64,000 nucleotides of DNA from Campylobacteraceae bacterium. GTDB lineage: Bacteria > Campylobacterota > Campylobacteria > Campylobacterales > JALSKU01. Both the position numbers and the translations under genes were made by a program. The DNA lies in assembly GCA_026993075.1 (NCBI GenBank), contig JALWUQ010000034.1, positions 275 through 64,274 of the forward strand, read 5' to 3'. Under the pieces are notes generated by a model. That model was not told the origin of the DNA and made no database searches. It was given only the letters and a program-made list of their open reading frames with translations. Shown here one piece after another: positions 50,184-59,995 of the stretch. The first letter of the stretch is position 1; the number at the start of each line of letters is the position of its first letter.

Positions 50184-51210
50184 TAATAATCTGGCGCAAG
50201 AGCTTTATCTCCTCTAAAACTCTTCCTGTTCCTTTTGCTACTGCTAAAAGAGGCTCTTCGGCTACAAAGACAGGGAGCTTTACTATATCACTTAAATACT
50301 TATCAATTCCCCTTATAAGTGCGCCTCCTCCGGTTAGAACTATTCCATTCTCAACAATATCTCCAGCCAAATCAGGAGGAGTAACTTCTAAAATATCTTT
50401 TAATGCATCACCTATCTCTTTTAAGGGCTCTCTCATAGCGTCTCTAATATCTTCACTTCCTAATTCAATACTTACAAGCAAACCGCTTATTTGATCTCTA
50501 CCTTTTACATTTATAGTTTTTTCTTCTTCAAGTTTAACTGCTGTGCCTATCTCTATCTTGATGTTTTCTCCGGTTCTATCACCAATAAGCAAGTTATATT
50601 TTTTCTTTATAAAATCCACTATTGACTGATCTATTTTGTCTCCTGCTACTCTGATAGATTTGCAAATAACTAAACCTCCAAGAGAAATAACACCTATCTC
50701 AGTTGTGCCTCCGCCAATATCAACTATCAAATTTCCATGAGGTTTTTTAATATCAAGATCAGCTCCGATAGCCGCTGCCATAGGCTCTTCTACAAGATAA
50801 ACCTCTCTTGCTCCAGCACTCATGGCTGATTCTCTAACAGCTTTTCTTTCAACTTGAGTTAATCCATAAGGAACACATATAACGATTCTAGGTCTTATAA
50901 AGCTTTTTCTTTTATGAGCTTTTTCTATAAAATATCTTATCATTTTTTCAGTCATATCAAAGTCGGCTATTACCCCATCTTTCATAGGCCTTATAGCATG
51001 AATATTTCCAGGAGTTTTTCCTATCATATCTTTAGCTTCGTGTCCGACTGCTAAGATATTGCTTTTACCATGCTTATCTGTTTGAACAGACACGACAGAA
51101 GGTTCATTTATAATAATTCCCTTACCTCTTAATAAAACAAGAGTATTTGCTGTACCCAAATCTATACTCATATCATTTGAAAATAATCCTATTAATTGAT
51201 CCAATATCAT
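50176..51210 (-). CDS. mreB: rod shape-determining actin homologue MreB
   Basis: 344 aa. The DLGTANTLV, DIGGGTTE and LTGGGAL motifs are present. Confidence 0.93.
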   Translation of the reverse strand: MILDQLIGLFSNDMSIDLGTANTLVLLRGKGIIINEPSVVSVQTDKHGKSNILAVGHEAKDMIGKTPGNIHAIRPMKDGVIADFDMTEKMIRYFIEKAHKRKSFIRPRIVICVPYGLTQVERKAVRESAMSAGAREVYLVEEPMAAAIGADLDIKKPHGNLIVDIGGGTTEIGVISLGGLVICKSIRVAGDKIDQSIVDFIKKKYNLLIGDRTGENIKIEIGTAVKLEEEKTINVKGRDQISGLLVSIELGSEDIRDAMREPLKEIGDALKDILEVTPPDLAGDIVENGIVLTGGGALIRGIDKYLSDIVKLPVFVAEEPLLAVAKGTGRVLEEIKLLRQIIND

Positions 51211-51219
51211 CTGCTACCT

Positions 51220-52440
51220 TTATGCACTTTTTTTACTGTTTTTTATATATAATGGTTTAGCACCATTGACAACTGCTTCTTTTGTAATTAAAATTTCATA
51301 TCCTCTAAGTTCGGGAAGTTCAAACATTACATCAGTCATAATTTCTTCCATTATGGACCTAAGCCCTCTTGCTCCTGTTTTTCTCATTATTGCCAATTTT
51401 GCTATCTCTTTTAGTGCCTCTTCTTCAAAAGTAAGCTCAACTCCGTCAATAGAAAAAAGTTTTTTATATTGCTTTAAAATAGCATTTTTGGGTTTTGTTA
51501 AAATCTCAACCATATCATTTTCAGTAATTTGATTTAAAGTGGCAAAAGAGTGAAGTCGTCCAACAAGTTCTGGAATCAATCCATAATTTACCAAATCATC
51601 CGGTTCAACTAATTCTATAAGATTATCATCTTCGCTTTTATTTCTTTTTATTTGGTTGAAACCTAAGACATTGTTACCAATTCTTCTTTTTATGATATCA
51701 ATCAAACCGTCAAATGCTCCGCCACAAACAAATAAAATATTTTCTGTATTTATTTGGGTAAACTCTTGGTTAGGGTGTTTTCTTCCACCTTTTGGAGGAA
51801 TATTTACTATACTTCCTTCAATAATTTTTAAAAGTGCCTGCTGTACGCCCTCACCTGAGACATCCCTTGTGATGGATCTGTTTTCACTCATTCTTGAGAT
51901 TTTATCTATCTCATCGACAAAAACAATTCCCCGTTCGGCTTTTTTTATATCTCCGTCAGCTTCTTGCAAGAGTTTAGTTAATATATTTTCAACATCTTCT
52001 CCTACATATCCCGCTTCAGTCAAGCTTGTAGCATCAGCTATCGCGATAGGTACATCTAAAAATTTTGCCATTGTTTGAGCCATTAAAGTTTTTCCACTTC
52101 CGGTAGGTCCAATAAAAAGAATATTTGATTTTTGAATCTCAGTATCATCATTTTCTACCAATGCACTTCTAAAAATTCTTTTATAATGATTATAAACACC
52201 GACTGAAAAAACTTTTTTCGCACGGGATTGGCCTACGACATAGTCGTCTAATACTTTTTTTAACTCTTTGGGAGTAAATATTTTTTTATGCTCATTATCA
52301 ATATTATCACTAATTTCTTCGTCTCCAAAAAGTATCTTGTATGCTGATATAACGCAATGCTCACAAATACAAACATTATTTCCTTCTATCAGCCTATTTT
52401 CACCACTTTCCACAGAATTACAAAAACTACATTTTTTCAT
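51220..52440 (-). CDS. clpX: ATP-dependent Clp protease ATP-binding subunit ClpX
   Basis: Zinc-finger CSFC..CICEHC, Walker [19 protein letters not shown] prefer the ATG at 52440 (AAAGGAG RBS) over the TTG at 52458. Confidence 0.93.
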   Translation of the reverse strand: MKKCSFCNSVESGENRLIEGNNVCICEHCVISAYKILFGDEEISDNIDNEHKKIFTPKELKKVLDDYVVGQSRAKKVFSVGVYNHYKRIFRSALVENDDTEIQKSNILFIGPTGSGKTLMAQTMAKFLDVPIAIADATSLTEAGYVGEDVENILTKLLQEADGDIKKAERGIVFVDEIDKISRMSENRSITRDVSGEGVQQALLKIIEGSIVNIPPKGGRKHPNQEFTQINTENILFVCGGAFDGLIDIIKRRIGNNVLGFNQIKRNKSEDDNLIELVEPDDLVNYGLIPELVGRLHSFATLNQITENDMVEILTKPKNAILKQYKKLFSIDGVELTFEEEALKEIAKLAIMRKTGARGLRSIMEEIMTDVMFELPELRGYEILITKEAVVNGAKPLYIKNSKKSA

Positions 52441-52517
52441 ATTTGCATCTCCTTTCAAAGGATGTAGAATCCTTGAAAATTATTTGCGAGTTAACTTCGA
52501 TTTTTAAAATCAAAAAA

Positions 52518-53300
52518 TTATATATTTCTTTCAAATGGTATTCCTCTTTTTGTATTTATTATAAAGTTGCAAAGCTTTTCAACTTTTTCATTTTTAATTT
52601 CATCTAATATTTGCTGAGCAGATTCTTTAAGTGGTTTATTAGATCTAAAGATAACAGAGTAAGCTTTTTTCAAAGCATCTATATCTTCTCTTTGAAATCT
52701 TCTTCTAAGTCCAATTAAATTTAATCCTTTTATCTTGGCTCTATTACCCTCTGCCAAACAAAATGGTGGAATATCCTGACTGACAGCACTTGCTCCACCT
52801 ATCATAGCACCCTCTCCAATTTTTACAAACTGGTGTATTGGAGTAAGTCCTCCAATAACTGTAAAATCTCCTATTTCAACATGTCCTGCCAATGTTGCAT
52901 TATTTGCCAAAATTGTATTGTTACCTATGATGCAATCATGGGCAATATGACAATATGCCAATATAAAGTTATTATCACCGATTACAGTTTTTTTATCCTG
53001 CTTTAAAGTTGGCAAATTAATAGTAACAAACTCTCTTATCGAATTGTTTTTGCCTATGATTAATTCCCCACTTTCACCATTGTAAGATACATCTTGAGGT
53101 ATATTTCCTATCACGGCATAAGGGTGGATTTGTGAATTTTCACCAATGCAAGTATTTCCTTTTACTTGCGCACCTTCAAATATCTTTACACCATTTTCAA
53201 GTTTTACTTCACTTCCTATAACTGCAAAAGCACCTATTTGAACATTTTCACCTATAACAGCACCATCTTCTATGACTGCTAATTTACTAATTTTTGACAT
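52518..53300 (-). CDS. lpxA: acyl-ACP--UDP-GlcNAc O-acyltransferase
   Basis: 260 aa. Hexapeptide-repeat left-handed beta-helix plus a C-terminal helical domain, following fabZ. Confidence 0.9.
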   Translation of the reverse strand: MSKISKLAVIEDGAVIGENVQIGAFAVIGSEVKLENGVKIFEGAQVKGNTCIGENSQIHPYAVIGNIPQDVSYNGESGELIIGKNNSIREFVTINLPTLKQDKKTVIGDNNFILAYCHIAHDCIIGNNTILANNATLAGHVEIGDFTVIGGLTPIHQFVKIGEGAMIGGASAVSQDIPPFCLAEGNRAKIKGLNLIGLRRRFQREDIDALKKAYSVIFRSNKPLKESAQQILDEIKNEKVEKLCNFIINTKRGIPFERNI

Positions 53301-53301
53301 T

Positions 53302-53748
53302 TTATTTATCTACAATCATGGCTTTAAGTTCAGCTTGTGCTGTTAATTTTTCGTCCACATACGCTTCGCCTTTTAAAACCCATATAGAGCCTTTATGTTT
53401 TAAAACACTTAACTTGTAAACCAACTTATCCCCTGGTTTTATGGGAGATCTAAACTTTGCCTTGTCAATACTCATAAAATATACAACTTTATCTTTTGTA
53501 TCTTTTTGCCCACTCTCATCCATGCTCTTAAAAGCCAAAATACCTCCGGCTTGAGCCATTCCTTCTATGATCATAACTCCGGGATATATAGGATGCTCAG
53601 GAAAATGACCTTGAAAAATCTGTTCTCCTATAGTTACATTTTTGTAAGCTTCTATATACTTAGAAGGCTCTATCTTGACAACTCTATCTACCAGTAAAAA
53701 CGGAAACCTATGGGGAAGAATCTTTTGTATCTCTATAACATCTAACAT
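53302..53748 (-). CDS. fabZ: 3-hydroxyacyl-ACP dehydratase FabZ
   Basis: 148 aa. It carries the LPHRFPFLLVD and GHFPEHPIYPGV motifs. Confidence 0.92.
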   Translation of the reverse strand: MLDVIEIQKILPHRFPFLLVDRVVKIEPSKYIEAYKNVTIGEQIFQGHFPEHPIYPGVMIIEGMAQAGGILAFKSMDESGQKDTKDKVVYFMSIDKAKFRSPIKPGDKLVYKLSVLKHKGSIWVLKGEAYVDEKLTAQAELKAMIVDK

Positions 53749-53783
53749 AAAAACGGCCTTTTTTTATAAATCCTATAATTCTA

Positions 53784-54863
53784 TCAAAAACTTACTAAAT
53801 TTTCCATAACATCTTGATATAAAATCGTATCACAATATATTTCAAAGTTTTTAAAGTCCACTTTATCCACTACTATGATTGGTGAAGTTCCAAAAAAAAG
53901 GTTATCTATATGCTTTCTTAATCCAGCCTCGTCATTGAATGAAACAGGTGATGAAATCAGCTCCTTTGTATTGGCATAAGAAGTTTTTAAAACTTCATTA
54001 AGATAAGATATCTCTATAAGTTTCACTTCATGTCTGTTTGAATAAAAAATATTTTTAATCTTTTTCTCAATTTTTAATCTTTCTTGTTTTCTCTTCATAT
54101 ATGAATAAGATAAAAAGTATGATGGCAAAACTTTTTTATCTACTTTCAAATAACCTCTTAACATTCGATAATTTAAAAATTTTTCTCTTATTATGTCGTA
54201 TTTTTTACCCTCTTTTTCAAATTTATATCTTTTTTGATATAAGTCCAATCTATACTGTAAAGAATTTGGCACAATTTGTTTATTTACTTGTGTAAAAAGT
54301 TCATCTTTTATCTTCGATTGTGCTTCTCTTTGTTTTCCAAGGGCATACATGCATCCACAATAATCTTGATGATAAAGCTTTTCTTTTCTTGCAAGAGCAA
54401 ACTGTTCTTGAGTACCTCCTTTAATCCTAAAGTCAGGACTTACAAATTCGATACCGTATCTTTTAGCCAGTTTATTTCCTATATTTCTTAATTGTTCGAT
54501 TGATTTTTTAGGACTTGTTAAAAGAGTTGTGGTAACTTTTTTTTCTCCGAGCTTTAGTGCTTCTTTCATACTCTCTTCAACTCTTTTGTCAAAACATATA
54601 CTGCATCTTTTGCCTTTTTCAGGCTCATTTTCAAACCCTTTTACACTCTCTATCCAAGAGAGATAGTCATATTTACCCTCTATCAGCTTGACTCCAAGCA
54701 TTTCACAACTTCGCTTGACATCTAAAAGTCTTAGTTGATATTCTGTATAAGGATGGATGTTGGGATCATAAAAAAAACCTACCAATTCCTCTTTTGGATA
54801 TCTTTGTTTTAATTTTTGCAAAAAAAAGTGACTGTCTACGGAACAACAAATATGTACTAACAT
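53784..54863 (-). CDS. queH: DUF208 / epoxyqueuosine reductase QueH with long C-terminal extension
   Basis: The N-terminal ~180 aa carry LVHICCSVDS, ..RCSICF.., ..QDYCGCMYA (DUF208/QueH cysteines). About 175 further residues have no recognisable motif. Confidence 0.7.
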   Translation of the reverse strand: MLVHICCSVDSHFFLQKLKQRYPKEELVGFFYDPNIHPYTEYQLRLLDVKRSCEMLGVKLIEGKYDYLSWIESVKGFENEPEKGKRCSICFDKRVEESMKEALKLGEKKVTTTLLTSPKKSIEQLRNIGNKLAKRYGIEFVSPDFRIKGGTQEQFALARKEKLYHQDYCGCMYALGKQREAQSKIKDELFTQVNKQIVPNSLQYRLDLYQKRYKFEKEGKKYDIIREKFLNYRMLRGYLKVDKKVLPSYFLSYSYMKRKQERLKIEKKIKNIFYSNRHEVKLIEISYLNEVLKTSYANTKELISSPVSFNDEAGLRKHIDNLFFGTSPIIVVDKVDFKNFEIYCDTILYQDVMENLVSF

Positions 54864-54906
54864 GATAAAAATTGAGAATTTGAAATTTGAAATTTGAAAT
54901 TATATT

Positions 54907-55380
54907 TCAAATCTTTGCTCTTAACTCTTTAAGTTTAGCCTTGACTGCCTCAATATGACCTTTTACTTTTACCTTGTCCCATCTATAAGCGACTGTACCA
55001 TCTGGAGCTATAAGATATGTAGTTCTAACTACCCCCAAGTACTCTCTGCCATACATCTTTTTTAATTGCCATACACCATATTGTTGTAAAACTTTTTTCT
55101 CTTCATCGCTTAAAAGCGTGATTTTCAAGTCTTTTTTGGCTATAAAATTTCTGTGTTTTTTTGAACTGTCAGGACTTACTCCTAAAATAACAGCATCCAA
55201 ATCCTCAAAAGCAAGAATGCTTTCTGTAAAATCACATGCCTGTGTCGTACATCCTGGAGTATTATCTTTTGGGTAAAAATATAAAATGATCCATTTTCTT
55301 TTTAAATCTCTCAAACAAATCTCAACATCATCTTGATTTGGCAAACAAAACAAAGGTGCTTTTTCTTCTATCTCTATCAT
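54907..55380 (-). CDS. bcp: thiol peroxidase Bcp (peroxiredoxin Q type)
   Basis: 157 aa. FYPKDNTPGCTTQAC motif. Confidence 0.88.
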   Translation of the reverse strand: MIEIEEKAPLFCLPNQDDVEICLRDLKRKWIILYFYPKDNTPGCTTQACDFTESILAFEDLDAVILGVSPDSSKKHRNFIAKKDLKITLLSDEEKKVLQQYGVWQLKKMYGREYLGVVRTTYLIAPDGTVAYRWDKVKVKGHIEAVKAKLKELRAKI

Positions 55381-55382
55381 TT

Positions 55383-57863
55383 TTATCCTTTTTTAAAATT
55401 TTTTATGAAAGATATTATATCATTTTCCGGCACAGGCTTAGAATATAAATATCCTTGAATGATAGAACATCCCTCATTTATCAAAAACTTTTCCTGCTCC
55501 TTGTCTTCGACACCCTCAGCTATAACTTCCAAACTCAATCCTTTTGCAAGCTCTATAATACTTTTAACTATAGCTTCATCTTTCTTATATCCTGGAATAT
55601 CAATAACAAAAGATCTATCTATTTTTATCACATCAAAAGGTAAATTTTTCAAATATGTAAGCGAAGAATATCCTGTTCCAAAGTCATCTATTGATATGCT
55701 AAGTCCCATTTTCTTCATATCTTTTAATAATGCATAAGAAGAGTCCAAATCACTCATAATAAATCCTTCAGTAATTTCAAACTCTATAAGCTTGCTGTCG
55801 CATTTATTATGTTTCAAAGCATTATCAATAGTTTTTAAAAGATTTTTATCTTTTAACTGCTTATTTGCAAGATTTATAGCTATAACACCTATGTTTAAAC
55901 CATTTTTTTGTAATTTTGATGCAAAATTCATAGCTTTATTCATTACTATTTCACCTATATTGTTTATCAAATTACATTGTTCTGCTATCTTGATAAATTC
56001 AGATGGATTTATTATTTTTGAGCCTTTTTTCCATCTTATTAAAGCTTCCAAACCGATTATTTTATGTTTAAGGCCATCCACTTGGGGTTGGTAATAAAGT
56101 ATAAATTCATCGTTTTTAATAGCTTCTCTTAAGTCATTTTCTAAAATATGCCTTTTTGTAATTCTTTTATACATTTCATCTTGAAAAAATACATATTTGT
56201 TTTTGCCCTCTTCTTTTGCCTTATACATTGCAATATCCGCATTTCTAAGTAAATCTTTTATTTTATCTGCATCATTTGGATACAAAGTTATACCCATACT
56301 AATACCAACTCTTATATCATAATTATTGATATGAAACGGTTCAAGAAAAGAAGCTATTATTTTATCTGCAACCAAAGCTACATCATTTTCATTCCTACAA
56401 TTAGTTAATAAGATGACAAATTCATCCCCCCCAAATCTAAAAAGATAATCTGTAACTCTTATCATCTTTTTAAATCTTTTTGCAGATTTTTTCAAAAGTT
56501 CATCTCCTATATCATGGCCATACAAATCATTGACATCTTTAAATCCATCCAAATCCACAAATATCAATCCAAGTATTTTTTTATCTCTTTGGTATCTGAG
56601 TATGGAAGAAGATATGACTTCATTAAACATAAACCTATTTGGCAATCTGGTCAATGTATCGTGTCTTGCATGATGAGACTGCTCTTCATATCTTTTGAGT
56701 AAAATACTTTCATATTTTAGAATCATTTCTTTTAATTTATTTGACACAAAAACCATAACTGCACCAAGTAATATCATCATAATAATAGATAAGATAATAA
56801 TATTTTCAATAGTTACTTGCAACTGTTTTTTCAGTGTGGCATATCTCTCATTTCTTTGTTTTAAAATACTTTTAGTATAAAAACCAGTACCTATAAGCCA
56901 ATTTAATTTTGGTATTATCTTAACAAAAGATATTTTATCAGCAGGTTTCTTTGTTTTTGGATCTATGGATGCTATATAGTGTATAAAAAATCCTTCTTTA
57001 TCTATGATAGCACCTTTTATCATATCTTTTAATATATGCCTGTTGTGAATCACCATGTTTAGTCTGTTTTTTCCAATATATGATTTTTTTATATGACTTA
57101 ATGTTTTTCCTTTAATGGTATATGCAAAGATATAGCCCTTATCTGCATATCTATAATTTTGTATAATTTTTAAAGATATTCTTTTTACTTCTTTCATAAT
57201 ATCATCTTCATAAAATGCACTGCCTACAAAAATATTTAATGGCTTAAATACTTTATAATAACCAATTTTTTTATACATCTTTTTACTTCCTGGCTTATAC
57301 CAGTACCAACTATCAAAAGTTGCATTTTTAATCTTTAGCTTATTTATGGCACTTTTGATTATCTTGACACCTTTTGAATCTTTAATATTTATACTGTTTT
57401 TACCTTCAAGAGAAGGATGACTTGGTAAAAGTATACAGGTACCATTCATATCATATATATAAAAATAACCACTTAAATCATTGAAAAATCTCATATTTTG
57501 TAATCTTGATTTTATTATTTTTATAATTTCCTTATGGCTGAGATTTTGATTTTTTTTATATATATTTTGAATTATCTTATATGCAAAATTTACCAGGTTT
57601 TTTATATTATCTTTTGATTCATTCTCTATTATTTGATTGTTTACAGATATCTGCTCAATTAGTTTATTGATTCTGTCTTCAATATCACTTTTTTTTAAGT
57701 TTATAAGCCTTTTTTGATATGAAGCTATCTCTTTTATATATATATTTTGTTCTCTAATGATAAAAACAGTTGATACTATTATAACGGTCATAATCATAGC
57801 TATTATCGGAATAAAATATATCCATTTGATAAATCTTTTATTACTCTTAATTTCATTTTCCAT
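55383..57863 (-). CDS. dCache sensor-GGDEF-EAL membrane protein
   Basis: 826 aa. A ~300-aa periplasmic double-Cache-like region (YFYIYDMNGTCILLPSHPSLEGKN; GYIFAYTIKGKTLSH) lies between two TM segments. GGDEF (RFGGDEFVIL) and EAL (LEALIRW, DDFGTGYSSL, QGYLYSKP) follow. Confidence 0.85.
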   Translation of the reverse strand: MENEIKSNKRFIKWIYFIPIIAMIMTVIIVSTVFIIREQNIYIKEIASYQKRLINLKKSDIEDRINKLIEQISVNNQIIENESKDNIKNLVNFAYKIIQNIYKKNQNLSHKEIIKIIKSRLQNMRFFNDLSGYFYIYDMNGTCILLPSHPSLEGKNSINIKDSKGVKIIKSAINKLKIKNATFDSWYWYKPGSKKMYKKIGYYKVFKPLNIFVGSAFYEDDIMKEVKRISLKIIQNYRYADKGYIFAYTIKGKTLSHIKKSYIGKNRLNMVIHNRHILKDMIKGAIIDKEGFFIHYIASIDPKTKKPADKISFVKIIPKLNWLIGTGFYTKSILKQRNERYATLKKQLQVTIENIIILSIIMMILLGAVMVFVSNKLKEMILKYESILLKRYEEQSHHARHDTLTRLPNRFMFNEVISSSILRYQRDKKILGLIFVDLDGFKDVNDLYGHDIGDELLKKSAKRFKKMIRVTDYLFRFGGDEFVILLTNCRNENDVALVADKIIASFLEPFHINNYDIRVGISMGITLYPNDADKIKDLLRNADIAMYKAKEEGKNKYVFFQDEMYKRITKRHILENDLREAIKNDEFILYYQPQVDGLKHKIIGLEALIRWKKGSKIINPSEFIKIAEQCNLINNIGEIVMNKAMNFASKLQKNGLNIGVIAINLANKQLKDKNLLKTIDNALKHNKCDSKLIEFEITEGFIMSDLDSSYALLKDMKKMGLSISIDDFGTGYSSLTYLKNLPFDVIKIDRSFVIDIPGYKKDEAIVKSIIELAKGLSLEVIAEGVEDKEQEKFLINEGCSIIQGYLYSKPVPENDIISFIKNFKKG

Positions 57864-58000
57864 ATAAAATGTCCTGTGTTATAAAAATAAATTGGTAAGC
57901 ATTATACAAGTATATTGCTTTAAAAATGTTTGCTAATTAGGATTTAATATTGCTTTTGGTAATATATCTTTTTTATATTATGATAACAAGGAAAATATTA

Positions 58001-58915
58001 ATGAAAAAAGCAAAATATATTTGGATGGATGGAGAACTTGTAGCTTGGGATGAGGCTAAAGTTCATATCCTAACCCATACTCTACATTATGGAAATGGTG
58101 TTTTTGAAGGGACAAGAGCATACCAAACAAATGACGGTTTAGCGATATTCAGGCTAAAAGATCATACAAAAAGGCTTTTAAACTCTGCGAAAATCACTAT
58201 GATAAAATCTCCCTTTACACTTGAAGAACTTGAAAACGCACAAGTAAAATTGCTTAAATCAAATGATTTTAAATCAAATGTTTACATTAGACCTTTGATA
58301 TATCTAGGATATGGAGTAATGGGGCTTTATCACATAAATGCACCTGTAAATGTTTCTATTTCTGCTTGGGAATGGGGAAGCTATCTCGGAGATGAAGGAT
58401 TGGAAAAAGGTATTAGAGTAAAAATAAGCTCATTTACAAGAAATTCGGTCAAATCAACAATGGGAAAAGCAAAAGCTGCCGCAAACTATCTCAATTCTCA
58501 AATGGCAAAATTTGAAGCTATCGACTGTGGATATGAAGAAGCTTTACTTTTAGATGACGAGGGATTTGTAGCCGAGGGGAGTGGCGAGTGTTTTTTCATA
58601 GTAAGAGACGGCGAGCTTATAACTCCGCCAAATGACAATTCACTTGAATCCATAACACAAGATACTGTATTAAAACTTGCAAATGATTTTAACATAAAGG
58701 TAAAAAGACAAAGAATAACAAGAGATGAAATCTTTATATCTGATGAAGCTTTTTTTACAGGAACTGCAGCAGAGTTGACTCCTGTCAGGGAAGTTGATGG
58801 AAGAATTATAGGGAATGGAGAAAGAGGCAATATTACTAAAAAATTACAAGATGCTTATTTTGATGTGGTATATGGAAGAAATAAAAAATATAAAGATTTA
58901 CTGACTTATATATAA
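58001..58915 (+). CDS. ilvE: branched-chain amino-acid aminotransferase
   Basis: MKKAKYIWMDGELVAWDEAKVH.., class IV aminotransferase. The ATG at 58001 is preceded by an AAGGA RBS. The ORF-track start at 57950 adds 17 unlikely residues. Confidence 0.88.
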   Translation: MKKAKYIWMDGELVAWDEAKVHILTHTLHYGNGVFEGTRAYQTNDGLAIFRLKDHTKRLLNSAKITMIKSPFTLEELENAQVKLLKSNDFKSNVYIRPLIYLGYGVMGLYHINAPVNVSISAWEWGSYLGDEGLEKGIRVKISSFTRNSVKSTMGKAKAAANYLNSQMAKFEAIDCGYEEALLLDDEGFVAEGSGECFFIVRDGELITPPNDNSLESITQDTVLKLANDFNIKVKRQRITRDEIFISDEAFFTGTAAELTPVREVDGRIIGNGERGNITKKLQDAYFDVVYGRNKKYKDLLTYI

Positions 58916-58930
58916 AATTAAAGGAAAAAA

Positions 58931-59995
58931 ATGCCAGCAGATTTAAATGACTATTTTAAAAAAAATGGTCAAGGAGGGGATTCAAGCCCAAAAAATAGCT
59001 TTGAACCGCCACAGTTTTTTAAGGATTTAGGGAAAAAAGCAGGATTACTTTATCTACTTATTATACTAATAGGGTTATTTATAATTGCAAAACCTTTTGT
59101 TGTTATAAATTCAGGAGAGGTCGGCATAAAAGCCACAGCAGGAAAATTTGACCCAAGAGCATTGGCTCCTGGACTTCACTTTTTCATACCTTTTATTCAA
59201 GATGTTTTTGTAGTTGACACAAAAGTAAGAATTATAAATTATACCAATAATCAAGATGTTGCTGTCCATACTTCAAACTCGGGAATAAAATACAAAAGAG
59301 CTATCTCAGTACTTGATGCCAGAGGACTTCCTGTTTCCATTGACTTAACGGTCCAGTACAAATTAAAAGCAGACAGTGCGCCTCAAACTATTGCCACATG
59401 GGGACTTTCATGGGAAGATAAGATAATAAATCCAGTAGTTAGAGATGTCACAAGAAATATAGTAGGAAAATATACTGCTGAAGATTTGCCGGTCAAAAGA
59501 AATGAAATTGCCAAGCAAATTACATTTGGTATAGAAAATAAGATAAATGCACAACCGGGACAACCCGTAAAACTCTTAGCAGTTCAATTAAGAAGGATAG
59601 TTCTTCCTCAAAAAATAAAAGAGCAGATAGAAATAGTACAAATAGCAAAACAGCAAGCTGAAAAAGCAAAATATGAAGTTGAGCAGGCAAAACAGATAGC
59701 TCAAAAGAATGCTGCTCTTGCACAAGGTGATGCCAATGCAAGAAAGATACGAGCGCAAGGTCAAGCTGATGCAATCAAAATAGAAGCTAATGCAAATGCA
59801 ATTGCAAACAAAGAACTAGGAAATAGTGTTACTCCAAACTTACTTAAACTTAGACTTTTAGATGTTCAAGGCAAATTTAACGAGGCACTAAAAGTCAATA
59901 AAAATGCTCAAATATTTTTAACTCCAGGTGGCGTTGTTCCAAATATCTGGATAGATAGTAAAAATAGAAAAAGGTCTTTATCAGTTGGAAAATAA
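58931..59995 (+). CDS. SPFH/Band 7 (prohibitin-like) membrane protein
   Basis: 354 aa. N-terminal TM segment, SPFH domain (VINSGEVGIKATAGKF..), Ala/Gln/Lys-rich coiled coil. Confidence 0.75.
   Translation: MPADLNDYFKKNGQGGDSSPKNSFEPPQFFKDLGKKAGLLYLLIILIGLFIIAKPFVVINSGEVGIKATAGKFDPRALAPGLHFFIPFIQDVFVVDTKVRIINYTNNQDVAVHTSNSGIKYKRAISVLDARGLPVSIDLTVQYKLKADSAPQTIATWGLSWEDKIINPVVRDVTRNIVGKYTAEDLPVKRNEIAKQITFGIENKINAQPGQPVKLLAVQLRRIVLPQKIKEQIEIVQIAKQQAEKAKYEVEQAKQIAQKNAALAQGDANARKIRAQGQADAIKIEANANAIANKELGNSVTPNLLKLRLLDVQGKFNEALKVNKNAQIFLTPGGVVPNIWIDSKNRKRSLSVGK

Noticed and set aside
54876-54912. Heptamer quasi-tandem repeat (GAATTTG AAATTTG AAATTTG AAATTAT) and an overlapping 9-bp A/T hairpin between bcp and queH.
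   Set aside because: It is only 2 perfect units, purely A/T-rich, and overlaps the bcp stop codon. It is adequately explained as a weak bcp terminator and AT-rich queH promoter DNA, and it is too short for a convincing contingency locus.
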